Notes under the pieces: generated by a model
What the model was told of the DNA's origin: nothing
Databases searched by the model: none
What the model saw: only the letters and a program-made list of their open reading frames with translations
Program-made: the position numbers and the translations under genes
Shown here: in pieces, positions 55,592 to 64,000 of the stretch
Position numbering within the stretch: the first letter of the stretch is position 1
Layout: every line of letters begins with the position of its first letter
Assembly: GCA_041690135.1 (NCBI GenBank)
Contig: JAWLHY010000010.1
Coordinates: 32,001-96,000, forward strand
Length of the DNA: 64,000 nucleotides
Direction of reading: 5' to 3'
Source of the DNA: Armatimonadota bacterium
GTDB lineage: Bacteria > Armatimonadota > SYMT01

Positions 55592-57424
55592 TCAGCGGTA
55601 GAGGGGGCCGTAGGTGGCGCAGGCGCGGTAATCGGCGGCCTGGGGTTCGAGGGAGCCGAAGCGCGCCCAGGAGCTGGGGCGGAAGACCCGATCGTTGGGC
55701 ACGTTGTGCATGTCGACGGGAATCCGCAGCAGGGAGGCGAGGGAGATCAGGTCGCCGCCGATGTGGCCATAGCTGATGGCGCCGTGGTTGGCGCCCCAGG
55801 CGTTCATCACGGAGTAGACGTCCGTGAACGGCCCGGCCCCGGTGAGGGTGGGTACGAACCAGGTGGTGGGCCAGGTGGGGTTGGTCCGCTCGTCCAGGAT
55901 GTCGTGGACGTTTTCCGGCAGGTCCACGGACCAGCCTTCGGCGATCTGGAGGACCGGGCCGAGACCCTTCACCAGGTTAAGACGGAACATGGTCACCGGC
56001 ATGCCGCCGAGGGTGAGGAAGTCGGTGGACCAGCCGCCGCCGGGGAAATACTCCACCATCGAGGTACACCACTGGGTGTGGTCGAGGCAGGCCGCGGCTT
56101 CCTCGGGGGAGATCTCCCAGAACGGCTTTACCGCCGGCTGACCGTTACGGCTCTGGCGACCGGTCCAATCGAGGGCGGCCGGGCCGGAGTTGATGAGGTG
56201 GAGGATGCCGCCCTCGGCGCGCCCCGTGAGGCGATGGCCGGTGACGCGCTCCACTGCCGCGGGGCTCCAGTAGGTCCGCACGTCGGCGAAGAGCTGCGCG
56301 GTGCCGGTGAGCAGGTGCCCGAAGAGCATGGAGGCGCCGTTGAGGGCATCGTTCTCCGTGGCGCAGATGTAGGGCTGGCGGATGCCGTTCCAATCGAACG
56401 AGGTGTTCAGGATCGCTTCCGGGAAGTCCCCGTTCGGGTAGAAGTCGGTCCACTGCCGCTGGCCCTGGAAGCCGCTGGCCAGGGCGTTGTGCCCTTCCGC
56501 CTCTTCCGCGAAGCCCATCTCGGCCAGCTTCGGGTTACCGACCATCAGGTCGCGCGCGATGAGCGCCATCTTGACGGAGGTTTCCCAGTCCTGGTCCTTC
56601 TGGGCGCGGCTGCGCTGCTTCTCCGGCTCGTTGCGGTCCGCGCCTTCCGGGCAGTTCTCCTTCACCCAGGCGAGGGCCCGCTGGTATTCCTCGCGGTCAT
56701 AGATCTCGCGGTCCATGCGGCGGGCGAACTCCGTCATGTCGATCGTCTCGGTCCGCATTCCCAGGTAGTCCTGGAAGAACTCCTGGTCCACGATCGAGCC
56801 GGCGATCCCCATCGAGACCCCGCCCATCGCCAGGTACGAGGTACCGCGCATGGTGGCGACCGCCAGGCCGGCGCGGGCGAACTGCAGCAGCTTGGCCTGC
56901 ACGTCGGCGGGAATGGAGGTGTCCGTGGTGTCCTGGACGTCCTGCCCGTAGATCCCGAAGGCCGGGAGCCCCTTCTGGCTGTGGCCGGCCAGGACCGCCG
57001 CCAGGTAGACCGCACCCGGCCGCTCCGTGCCGTTGAACCCCCACACCGCCTTCGGGATGAGCGGGTCCATATCCATCGTTTCGGAGCCGTAACACCAGCA
57101 GGGCGTCAGGGTGATGGAGACCCCCACCCCTTCCCGCTTGAACTTCTCGGCGCACTTCGCGGCTTCGGAAACGCCGCCGATGCAGGTATCGGCGATCACG
57201 ACTTCCACGGGCAGGCCGCAGGCGTGGCGGAGGTGGTCGCGCAGCAGCGTGGCGGCGTTCTGCGCCATGCCCATCGTCTGCCCTTCGAGGGATTCGCGGA
57301 CCCCGCCGAGCCGCCCGTCGATGGTCGGTCGGATGCCAATTTTGGGCAGGGCGCCGCGCATGCGGTTTACGGGGGTATTCAATTTCAAGCTCTGGATATT
57401 TGCCAAGGTCGTAGGCCCTTTCAC
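55592..57424 (-). CDS. fucI: L-fucose isomerase
   Basis: [11 protein letters not shown]; [11 protein letters not shown]; [10 protein letters not shown]; [10 protein letters not shown]; ATEND; WGANHG. Confidence 0.96.
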   Translation of the reverse strand: MKGPTTLANIQSLKLNTPVNRMRGALPKIGIRPTIDGRLGGVRESLEGQTMGMAQNAATLLRDHLRHACGLPVEVVIADTCIGGVSEAAKCAEKFKREGVGVSITLTPCWCYGSETMDMDPLIPKAVWGFNGTERPGAVYLAAVLAGHSQKGLPAFGIYGQDVQDTTDTSIPADVQAKLLQFARAGLAVATMRGTSYLAMGGVSMGIAGSIVDQEFFQDYLGMRTETIDMTEFARRMDREIYDREEYQRALAWVKENCPEGADRNEPEKQRSRAQKDQDWETSVKMALIARDLMVGNPKLAEMGFAEEAEGHNALASGFQGQRQWTDFYPNGDFPEAILNTSFDWNGIRQPYICATENDALNGASMLFGHLLTGTAQLFADVRTYWSPAAVERVTGHRLTGRAEGGILHLINSGPAALDWTGRQSRNGQPAVKPFWEISPEEAAACLDHTQWCTSMVEYFPGGGWSTDFLTLGGMPVTMFRLNLVKGLGPVLQIAEGWSVDLPENVHDILDERTNPTWPTTWFVPTLTGAGPFTDVYSVMNAWGANHGAISYGHIGGDLISLASLLRIPVDMHNVPNDRVFRPSSWARFGSLEPQAADYRACATYGPLYR

Positions 57425-57580
57425 CGCCCGGAGGCACTCCGCCGGCAGCCGTGCCGGGTGGCGGTGATCTTCAATCCCGAAAACATGTGGGGTGGGTGGT
57501 CCGAAGAGGGCGGCTGGTGCTCGACCGCGGCTCCGTTCCGGGTAAATCCTTCGCGCCGGAACCTCACGGTCCCTCCCCCA

Positions 57581-57973
57581 TCAGGAATGCCACTCGGGAA
57601 CACGGGCGAGGAGGCGGCTCACCCGCTCCTCCAGTGCGGCGGCGTCCACGAGCTTGCCGCTCCACCGGGCCGGGATGGCGTCATAGCCGAATCGAGCCCC
57701 GAGAAGAGCGCCGGCCACGGAGGCATTCGTGTCGGCGTCTCCACCCTCGTGAACGACCCTCAGCACGCCGTCCTCGAAGGTAGTGGCGTGAAGCATGGCC
57801 CAGAAGCCGGCGCCGAGTGCCTTGAGCGTATACCCGATCCGGTTGGTGCCACCGGGCTCGAGCCCCTCGTCCAATTGCCAGGCCTCCAGCGGCTGATGCA
57901 GTGCGGTGGTCAGGGTCTCGCTCACCCGGGAATCGTACTCTCCAACCTCTTCGGCCAGTGTAGCAGCCATCAA
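57581..57973 (-). pseudogene. C-terminal fragment of ADP-ribosylglycohydrolase (DraG family)
   Basis: GGDADTNASVAGALLGARFGYDAIPARW; only 130 aa, N-terminal TDD metal site absent. Confidence 0.72.
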
Positions 57974-58755
57974 GGGCGAAGTCCCGTGCTGCGAAGCAGG
58001 TCATTCACCCAGGCCTCGTCCGCCAAATGCAGCGGCTCGCGCGGTGGCTGCCGGTAGTCCAGCCGAACCGGATAGGCGCCTTCATCGTAACACTCACTGA
58101 ACGCTGCCGGGAGATCGAGAACAACATCCGGATCCGGTGAGCGGAGCGGAATCCGGATGAGAGGGAGACGGTCCCGTAGAGTAAAGGAATAAACTTCCGC
58201 CCGGTCGCGTGCGGAAGCCCGGTTGACGCTGATCAGGTAATCGAGCGGAGGGAGTGATTGGAGACTACCCGGCGGAACGTGAGCGACCGAAGGGGCTCGC
58301 CGGAGCAGGTCGATCTCCACCAGGTTAGCTCGGCTTGCCAGCACCTGCTCCTGTTTGGCCCGGTACTCGGCGCGCCCGCGGCCCGCACTGCTCTTATTCG
58401 TGGGGCTGATGAGCTCAAGGACCGTCACCACCTCGTGCGAGCCGACGGATCGAATCTCGAGATAAGGCTCCCGCACCTCCAGATTGAACAGCAACACCGT
58501 GGGCTCATCGGCCACCAGTGTGGCGGCCCCTCCCCGTTCGGCGGCCGGTCTTGGCACCTGCAACACAGTCACATCCGGACTGATGACGTTCTGTACGTCC
58601 TCGACGTACAAGCGCTCCGAAAGACTCGAAAAGTAACGGGGTGGCAAGTAGGGGCGAAGATGGCGGTCGATCGCTGCGATCAGCCGAAAATGCACGTCCG
58701 GCCAAAGGGCCGGATCTTCCAGATAGGGATCCATTCCAGGAAAAGGACTGGGCAT
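57970..58755 (-). CDS. DUF4058 family protein (PD-(D/E)xK-like)
   Basis: MPSPFPGMDPYLE; PDV; VVTVLELISPTNK; LVEIDLLR; LDYRQPP. Confidence 0.92.
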   Translation of the reverse strand: MPSPFPGMDPYLEDPALWPDVHFRLIAAIDRHLRPYLPPRYFSSLSERLYVEDVQNVISPDVTVLQVPRPAAERGGAATLVADEPTVLLFNLEVREPYLEIRSVGSHEVVTVLELISPTNKSSAGRGRAEYRAKQEQVLASRANLVEIDLLRRAPSVAHVPPGSLQSLPPLDYLISVNRASARDRAEVYSFTLRDRLPLIRIPLRSPDPDVVLDLPAAFSECYDEGAYPVRLDYRQPPREPLHLADEAWVNDLLRSTGLRP

Positions 58756-58823
58756 CGCTCTCTCGCCTCCTGAATTCAATCCAAGCATACCCGGAGGACC
58801 GCCACGCGACGACCCCCGCGACC

Positions 58824-60749
58824 TTACGGTAGGGCGAAGGCGACAAAGACATCCCCCGCCGGGGTCGCGAGCTTGCCCCCGCCGGCCGCCGCGATGGCCA
58901 CGTAATGCTTGCCGTTAACCGCATAGGTGCAGGGGGTGGCGTACCCTCCGAACGGCAACTTGTACTCCCATAACTCCTTGCCGGTCTTTTTATCGAAGGC
59001 ACGGAACATCTCGTCCTTGGTGCCGGCCGCGAAAACGAGACCCCCCGCGGTGACGATGGTCCCGCCCAGGTTCTCGGTTCCGGTGGGCGGCAGGCCTTTG
59101 CGGGTCAACTCGGGGAACTCGCCCAGCGGGATCTGCCAGCGGAACTCGCCCCTGTTCAGGTCGATGGCGGTAAGGTTCCCCCACGGCGGCTTCACGGCGG
59201 GATAACCGAACTGGTCGTGGAAGCGGCCGTAGCCGGTGTTGCGGTACGGATCCCGCGAACCGGAGGCCGTCTTTTCCAGGTGGTGCTCCCGGGGGATGTT
59301 GTTGGAGTTCACGTAGAGCGTGCCGGTGGTCGGGTCGAAGGAGGCCCCGGACCAGGTGGCGCCCCCAAAGAAGCCGGGGAAACGGATGGTCGGCTGGAAG
59401 CCCGTCGGGGTGAAGATGGGGCCGTACTTCATGCCCTGGATCTTCTCCGAAACGTATCGGCGCGATTCCGGAGAGATGTTGGTGACCTCTTCCGGCCCGA
59501 ACCCCTGGCGGGAGAAGGGCGGCGGCTTGAGGGGGAAGACCTGGGTCGGCCAGGCCGCCTCTCCCGGAATGTCCGAAGGCGGGACGGAACGCTCTTCCAT
59601 GGGAAACAGCGGCTCGCCGGTCTTGCGGTCGAGCACGAAGCAATAGCCGGTCTTGGTCACCTGGGCCACCGCTTCCCGGAGCCGGCCGTTCTGCCGGACG
59701 GTGCAGACGACCGGCGGGCAGGGGTTGTCGTAGTCCCACAAGTCGTGGCGGACCACCTGGTAGTGCCAGAGACGTTTTCCGGTGTTCGCATCCAGGGCAA
59801 TGATGCAGTTGCCGAACAGGTTCCGCCCCTTGCGGTCCCCTCCGTAGAAGTCGAAGGCCGGAGATCCGGTGCCGACGAAGACGATCTCGTTCCGGGTATC
59901 GACGGTGGCGCCGCTCCAGGAGTTGCAGCCGCCCCGCTCCTTCCAGGTGTCCGTTGCCCACGTGTCGTGCCCGTACTCACCCGGCCGGGGGACCGTATGG
60001 AAGCGCCACACCTCCTTGCCGGTACGAACGTCGAACGCGCGCACGTCGCCCGGAGCGCCGGGGCCCGTCCCCTCGCCGTTCGCAAATCCCAGGATCGCCA
60101 GGTCGCGATAGATGGCGGGCGGCGAGGTGCAGCCGTAGGGCAACCTGCTGATGTCCCGCTCGATGCCGGCCCGGAGGTCCACCTCTCCACCCTTTCCGAA
60201 CGCCGGGTCCGGCTTCCCGGTGTGCGCGTCGAGCGAGAGGAGCCGGCCGTCCGCCGTCCCCATCAGGACCCGCCGGAGACCGTTCGGCTTGCCGTCCGAC
60301 CAGTAGCTCACGCCCCGGTTCACCCCGCCGGACGCGATGATCTGGCCCGGGCGGGGACGCGCGAAGGGATCGTACTTCCACCGCTCCTTGCCGGTCGCGG
60401 CATCCAACGCGACGATCTTGACCCGCGGGCTGCAGGTGGTGACGTACATCCAGCCGTCCACTACCACCGGGGTGCACTCGATGTTCGTCAACTTCTGGGG
60501 ATCGGCGTCACCCGTGTGATAGCTCCAGGCCGGCTTGAGTTTCCGGACGTTCTTGCGGTTGATCTGATCGAGGCGTGAGTACCGCGTGCCTTCGCGGTCG
60601 CCGTTCGTCGCCAGCCAATCGGCGCGCACCCCGATGGGGTCAGGCATGGGCGCCTGCGCGGCGGCGGCCCCGGCGAGAAGGCCGAGGGAGACGAGAGCTA
60701 GTCTTGAAGTACGAGGTGTGAGGTGCGAGGTGCGAAATATCCGACGCAT
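58824..60749 (-). CDS. PQQ-dependent dehydrogenase (glucose/quinate family)
   Basis: RYSRLDQINRKNV; NRGVSYW; DFYGGDRKG; HDLWDYD; KPPWG; TGTENLGG. Confidence 0.92.
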   Translation of the reverse strand: MRRIFRTSHLTPRTSRLALVSLGLLAGAAAAQAPMPDPIGVRADWLATNGDREGTRYSRLDQINRKNVRKLKPAWSYHTGDADPQKLTNIECTPVVVDGWMYVTTCSPRVKIVALDAATGKERWKYDPFARPRPGQIIASGGVNRGVSYWSDGKPNGLRRVLMGTADGRLLSLDAHTGKPDPAFGKGGEVDLRAGIERDISRLPYGCTSPPAIYRDLAILGFANGEGTGPGAPGDVRAFDVRTGKEVWRFHTVPRPGEYGHDTWATDTWKERGGCNSWSGATVDTRNEIVFVGTGSPAFDFYGGDRKGRNLFGNCIIALDANTGKRLWHYQVVRHDLWDYDNPCPPVVCTVRQNGRLREAVAQVTKTGYCFVLDRKTGEPLFPMEERSVPPSDIPGEAAWPTQVFPLKPPPFSRQGFGPEEVTNISPESRRYVSEKIQGMKYGPIFTPTGFQPTIRFPGFFGGATWSGASFDPTTGTLYVNSNNIPREHHLEKTASGSRDPYRNTGYGRFHDQFGYPAVKPPWGNLTAIDLNRGEFRWQIPLGEFPELTRKGLPPTGTENLGGTIVTAGGLVFAAGTKDEMFRAFDKKTGKELWEYKLPFGGYATPCTYAVNGKHYVAIAAAGGGKLATPAGDVFVAFALP

Positions 60750-60865
60750 GAGCAGGACCGGTTCCCAGTGTCGTAGAGCTTACCTGTACTTTCGGTCGCG
60801 GGTGCGCAATCTCCCTGCTTCCGGACGCGTGGGGCGCCGGTTGAGAGTACACAGTAGACTGGTGA

Positions 60866-61843
60866 GTGATGCTGGAACTTCTCTTCCTGCTACTGGGCCT
60901 GGGGTTCGCGGTCGCGGGGATTCGCCTGCAACGCTGGGGTGCGTCTCGCCGGGCTTTAGCGCGCTGTGCCGCGGCCATAGGAGCGGCATGGATGCTGCTG
61001 CTCGGTTTCGTGGGACTCGCAGCGGCAGGATGGCGGTTCTGGTTCACCCACCGGCCCCAGCCCGCTCCGATCACGAGACAGCTCTTCCCGGGAGTGCACT
61101 ACGAGCGCCTGACGCGGAAGAGCCCCCGAGCTCAGGTGATTCACCTGGTGCGGATCCCGCTCGCCCGGCCGGGAATCCGTTTCCTGGTGACCCCCGCGGA
61201 TGCGGTTACAGGTGGAGAGGTGCGCGCGCGGACCACTTCCCAGTTCCTGCGGGAGAGTGGAGTGCAGATCGCAATCAATGCGGCGGCCTTCTCGCCCTGG
61301 TGGTCGAACACGCCGTGGGACTACTACCCGCACGTGGGAGACCCCGTGGACGTGCACGGGCTCGCGGTTTCCGACGGGCGCCGCTACTCGGAACCCTCCG
61401 AAAAGCACCCCGCCTTCGGTATCACTCGCCAGAACCGGGTCCGCTTCGACGACCTGAAGGACGCCCATAACGCCTGTTCGGGAAAGAGCCCTCTCCTCCG
61501 CGCCGGGAAGCCGGTGGACTGGCCGATTCGGGTCGATGCGGGGGATGAGCCGCATCCACGTACGGCGGTGGCGGTGGACCGGGAAGAGAAGGAGTTGCTG
61601 CTGGTGTTGGTGGATGGGCGCCAACCGAATTACAGTGAAGGGGCCACGCGAGCGGAACTGGCCGAGATTGTGAGGGAGGCCGGCGGCTACCACGCGCTGA
61701 ACCTCGACGGAGGCGGGTCCACGGCGCTCGTCATCGAAGGCCCGGATGGGAAGCCGGCCCAGCTCAACACTCCCATCGACAATTACCTTCCGGGCCGCGA
61801 ACGACCCGTCGCCAACCACCTGGGGGTGTTCGTTCCACGCTGA
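60866..61843 (+). CDS. Membrane-anchored phosphodiester glycosidase (NAGPA/DUF2233)
   Basis: Two TM segments; IAINA; HPRTAVA; VDGRQ; ALNLDGGGST; ERPVANHL. Confidence 0.88.
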   Translation: MMLELLFLLLGLGFAVAGIRLQRWGASRRALARCAAAIGAAWMLLLGFVGLAAAGWRFWFTHRPQPAPITRQLFPGVHYERLTRKSPRAQVIHLVRIPLARPGIRFLVTPADAVTGGEVRARTTSQFLRESGVQIAINAAAFSPWWSNTPWDYYPHVGDPVDVHGLAVSDGRRYSEPSEKHPAFGITRQNRVRFDDLKDAHNACSGKSPLLRAGKPVDWPIRVDAGDEPHPRTAVAVDREEKELLLVLVDGRQPNYSEGATRAELAEIVREAGGYHALNLDGGGSTALVIEGPDGKPAQLNTPIDNYLPGRERPVANHLGVFVPR

Positions 61844-61912
61844 GGATTTGCGGGGCGATGGATCGCCGCGACCCGATAATCTGCTCGGTAACTACCGGAG
61901 ACAAAGAAGAGC

Positions 61913-62914
61913 ATGAGTTTCGACGTTTTTAGCATGTGCAACGCCCTGTACGACATCCAGGCCGAGGTCCACGACGAGATCCTGACGGAGCTGGAGCTGG
62001 AAAAAGGCAGTATGGTCCTGCTGAGTGAAGAACAGCAGGCGGCCATCGTGCCGCGGGTGTACACCCACATCGTCCACACGGAATCGGGTGGGTCAGGCGC
62101 CAACACGGCCTTCGGCGTGGCGCTGCTGGGCGGCACCGCCTGCTATACCAGTCGCGTGGGCGACGACGAGCACGCCGACCTGTATCGCGAGGGACTGGCG
62201 GCCCGCGGTGTGAAGCCGAACCTGGGTTCCGGGACCGGGGCCACGGGCGTGTCGCTGATCCTGGTGACGCCGGACGCCCAGCGGACCATGTGCACCTACC
62301 TGGGCCGCTCCCGCGAGCTGACGAGCGACGACCTGAACCTGGACGACCTGCGCGCCAGCAAGTACCTCTATGTGACCGCGTACCTGTGGGACACGGACAA
62401 CCAGAAGGCCGCCGTGCTCCGCGCGATGGAAGAAGCGAACCGCGCGGGGGTGAAGGTCGCGCTGAGCCTTTCGGACCCGTTTTGCGTACATCGCCACAAG
62501 CAGGAGCTGCTGGAACTGATTAGCAACCACGTCGACCTCCTGATCGGGAACCAGTCCGAGGCGGAGGTCCTGACCGACACCACCACGGCCGAAGACGCGC
62601 TGCGGGTGCTGGCCGGGCACAGTGAGATCGCCGTGGTGACGATGGACGAAAAGGGCTCGATGATCCGGCGCGGCGAGGAAGTGGTGACCATTCCGGTGTA
62701 CCCGGTGCGGCCGGTGGACACCACCGGGGCCGGCGACATGTACGCGGCGGGCCTTCTCTACGGCCTCACCCAGGGCTACTCGCTGGAGATCACCGGGCGC
62801 ATCGCCGCCTACGCCGCGGCGCAGGTGGTGGCGAAGATGGGCCCGCGCCTGGAAACAATCGACCACGACGCGCTGGCGAAACTGCGGGCGGGCACGGACT
62901 TCGCGGACCTTTGA
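61913..62914 (+). CDS. PfkB family kinase (adenosine kinase-like)
   Basis: NALYDI; SGGSGANT; TPDAQRTMCTYLG; DTTGAGDMYAAG. Confidence 0.92.
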   Translation: MSFDVFSMCNALYDIQAEVHDEILTELELEKGSMVLLSEEQQAAIVPRVYTHIVHTESGGSGANTAFGVALLGGTACYTSRVGDDEHADLYREGLAARGVKPNLGSGTGATGVSLILVTPDAQRTMCTYLGRSRELTSDDLNLDDLRASKYLYVTAYLWDTDNQKAAVLRAMEEANRAGVKVALSLSDPFCVHRHKQELLELISNHVDLLIGNQSEAEVLTDTTTAEDALRVLAGHSEIAVVTMDEKGSMIRRGEEVVTIPVYPVRPVDTTGAGDMYAAGLLYGLTQGYSLEITGRIAAYAAAQVVAKMGPRLETIDHDALAKLRAGTDFADL

Positions 62915-62974
62915 GTTCATCCGCTAAGGTTTACACCGCACAGGAGTGCACGAAGGACACAAAGACGGAGTTAT

Positions 62975-63207
62975 GAGGGGAGGGGTAGCGAATTGTGGGG
63001 GATTTGCGATTATTCCCCTCGGCACCGTGAACGTTGCCGCTGCGGTTAACTGTGGTCGCGAATGCCGTGTTCACAGCGGGTGCAACCCGTGTTCGGGAGT
63101 GTGCACGAGTTGCACCCGTTGCTCGGACCGCGACCAACGCCCTTGGCCCACACCCAGTGGGTACCCGGGACCCCGGCTCTGCTACCTCAGATAACCGTAA
63201 CCGGTTC
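62975..63207. other. Chain of hairpins between convergent pfkB and proS (REP mosaic or ncRNA)
   Basis: gagggga/tcccctc; ggtcgcg/cgcgacc enclosing cgggtgcaac/gttgcacccg; GGGTACCC element. Confidence 0.5.
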
Positions 63208-63254
63208 GGTTGATCCCGCAGAGCGCCAACCTCATCCTGATCGTTATCCTTATC

Positions 63255-64000
63255 CTAATCCGTACCGGGGTATTCGGGGGCCAGGATCTTCTCTTCGGCT
63301 TCGGCGAGCAGGGCGGCAATCTCCTGTTGAATGGCCGCGATCCCCTCCTCCAACGGCACGATGCGGCTTTCGGAGGAGGTGCGCCGCTTCAACTCGATCC
63401 CGCCGTTCTTGAGCGACCGGCTGCTGATCGTCGCCCGGAGCGGGATCCCGATCAGGTCCGCGTCCGCGAACTTCACACCCGGGGCCGCTTCCCGGTCGTC
63501 GAAGAGCACCTCAACCCCCGCCGCGCGCAGGCCACGGTACAGTTCCTCGGCCTGGGCCTTCAGGTCGGCGTCGCCGCCGGTGAGCGCCACCAGGGAGAGT
63601 TGGTACGGTGCAACGGTAATCGGCAGGGTCAGGCCCCGCTCGTCGGCATACGCTTCCGCGAGGCAGGCCAGGAGGCGCCCCACGCCGATGCCGTAGGAGC
63701 CCATCACCACCGGTTTCGACTGCCCTTCCGCATCCAGGTAGTTGGCCTCCAGAGCCGCGGTATAGCGGGTGCCGAGCTGAAAGATATTGCCGACCTCCAC
63801 GCCCCGGACGAGGTGCAGGGCGCCGCCGCACTCCGGACAGGGCGCGCCTTCGTAGGCGGAAGCGATATCGGCGGTCGCGTCCGGACGGTAGTCCCGCCCC
63901 ACGTTCACGCCACGGTAGTGGAAACCTTCCTCGTTGGCGCCGGACACCAGGTTGGGGGAACCGGCCACCAGGTCGTCCACCACCACCCGGGTCCGGTTGC
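63255..64000 (-). CDS. proS: Prolyl-tRNA synthetase, 3' part
   Basis: GANEEGFH; GVEVGNIFQLG; MGSYGIGVGR; DDR..PGVKFADADLIGIP. Confidence 0.96.
   Translation of the reverse strand, partial: NRTRVVVDDLVAGSPNLVSGANEEGFHYRGVNVGRDYRPDATADIASAYEGAPCPECGGALHLVRGVEVGNIFQLGTRYTAALEANYLDAEGQSKPVVMGSYGIGVGRLLACLAEAYADERGLTLPITVAPYQLSLVALTGGDADLKAQAEELYRGLRAAGVEVLFDDREAAPGVKFADADLIGIPLRATISSRSLKNGGIELKRRTSSESRIVPLEEGIAAIQQEIAALLAEAEEKILAPEYPGTD

Noticed and set aside
54881-58057. 1058 aa plus-strand ORF
   Set aside because: Antisense shadow of fucI and neighbours with no recognisable motifs; common in high-GC DNA. The same applies to 43857-46007, 51429-53018 and 20093-21667
62946-63194. Cys-rich ORF (CNPCSGVCTSCTRC) resembling a ranthipeptide precursor; similar ORF at 22114-22404
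   Set aside because: Cys codons derive from TGCA-containing palindromes, the ribosome-binding site spacing is poor, and no radical SAM or transporter gene is nearby

Overview
GC-rich bacterial chromosomal window with about 50 CDS. I found no rRNA, tRNA, CRISPR array, integrase or transposase. The gene content (DUF1549/1553 plus DUF1501, DUF1080, DUF4058, PQQ/FG-GAP/SBBP propellers, CE15) suggests an Armatimonadota- or PVC-like organism (inference). Housekeeping genes: pyrG, comEC, a group-2 sigma70, sulfurtransferase, HelY-like helicase, purD-purE-pepF, purS-purQ-purL-purF-purN, fucI, a PfkB kinase and the 3' part of proS. Accessory content: two PIN toxin-antitoxin pairs (one seated inside the pur operon), a cyclase-STAND-TPR gene coupled to a triple-GT2 glycosyltransferase, an M15 peptidase plus L,D-transpeptidase pair, an array of membrane paralogs interrupted by a partly low-GC 3 kb island flanked by ~194 bp direct repeats, and three gene relics (PFK, receiver domain, ADP-ribosylglycohydrolase). 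The most striking unexplained signal is non-coding: several short tandem-repeat families (6-, 7-, 8- and 9-mers) and a GGGTACCC-core REP-like hairpin family. The purine-rich strand usually follows a stop codon in sense orientation, the repeats flank an atypical pyrG as inverted repeats, and they have entered at least five coding sequences in frame. All family assignments come from motif recognition by eye, not database searches.
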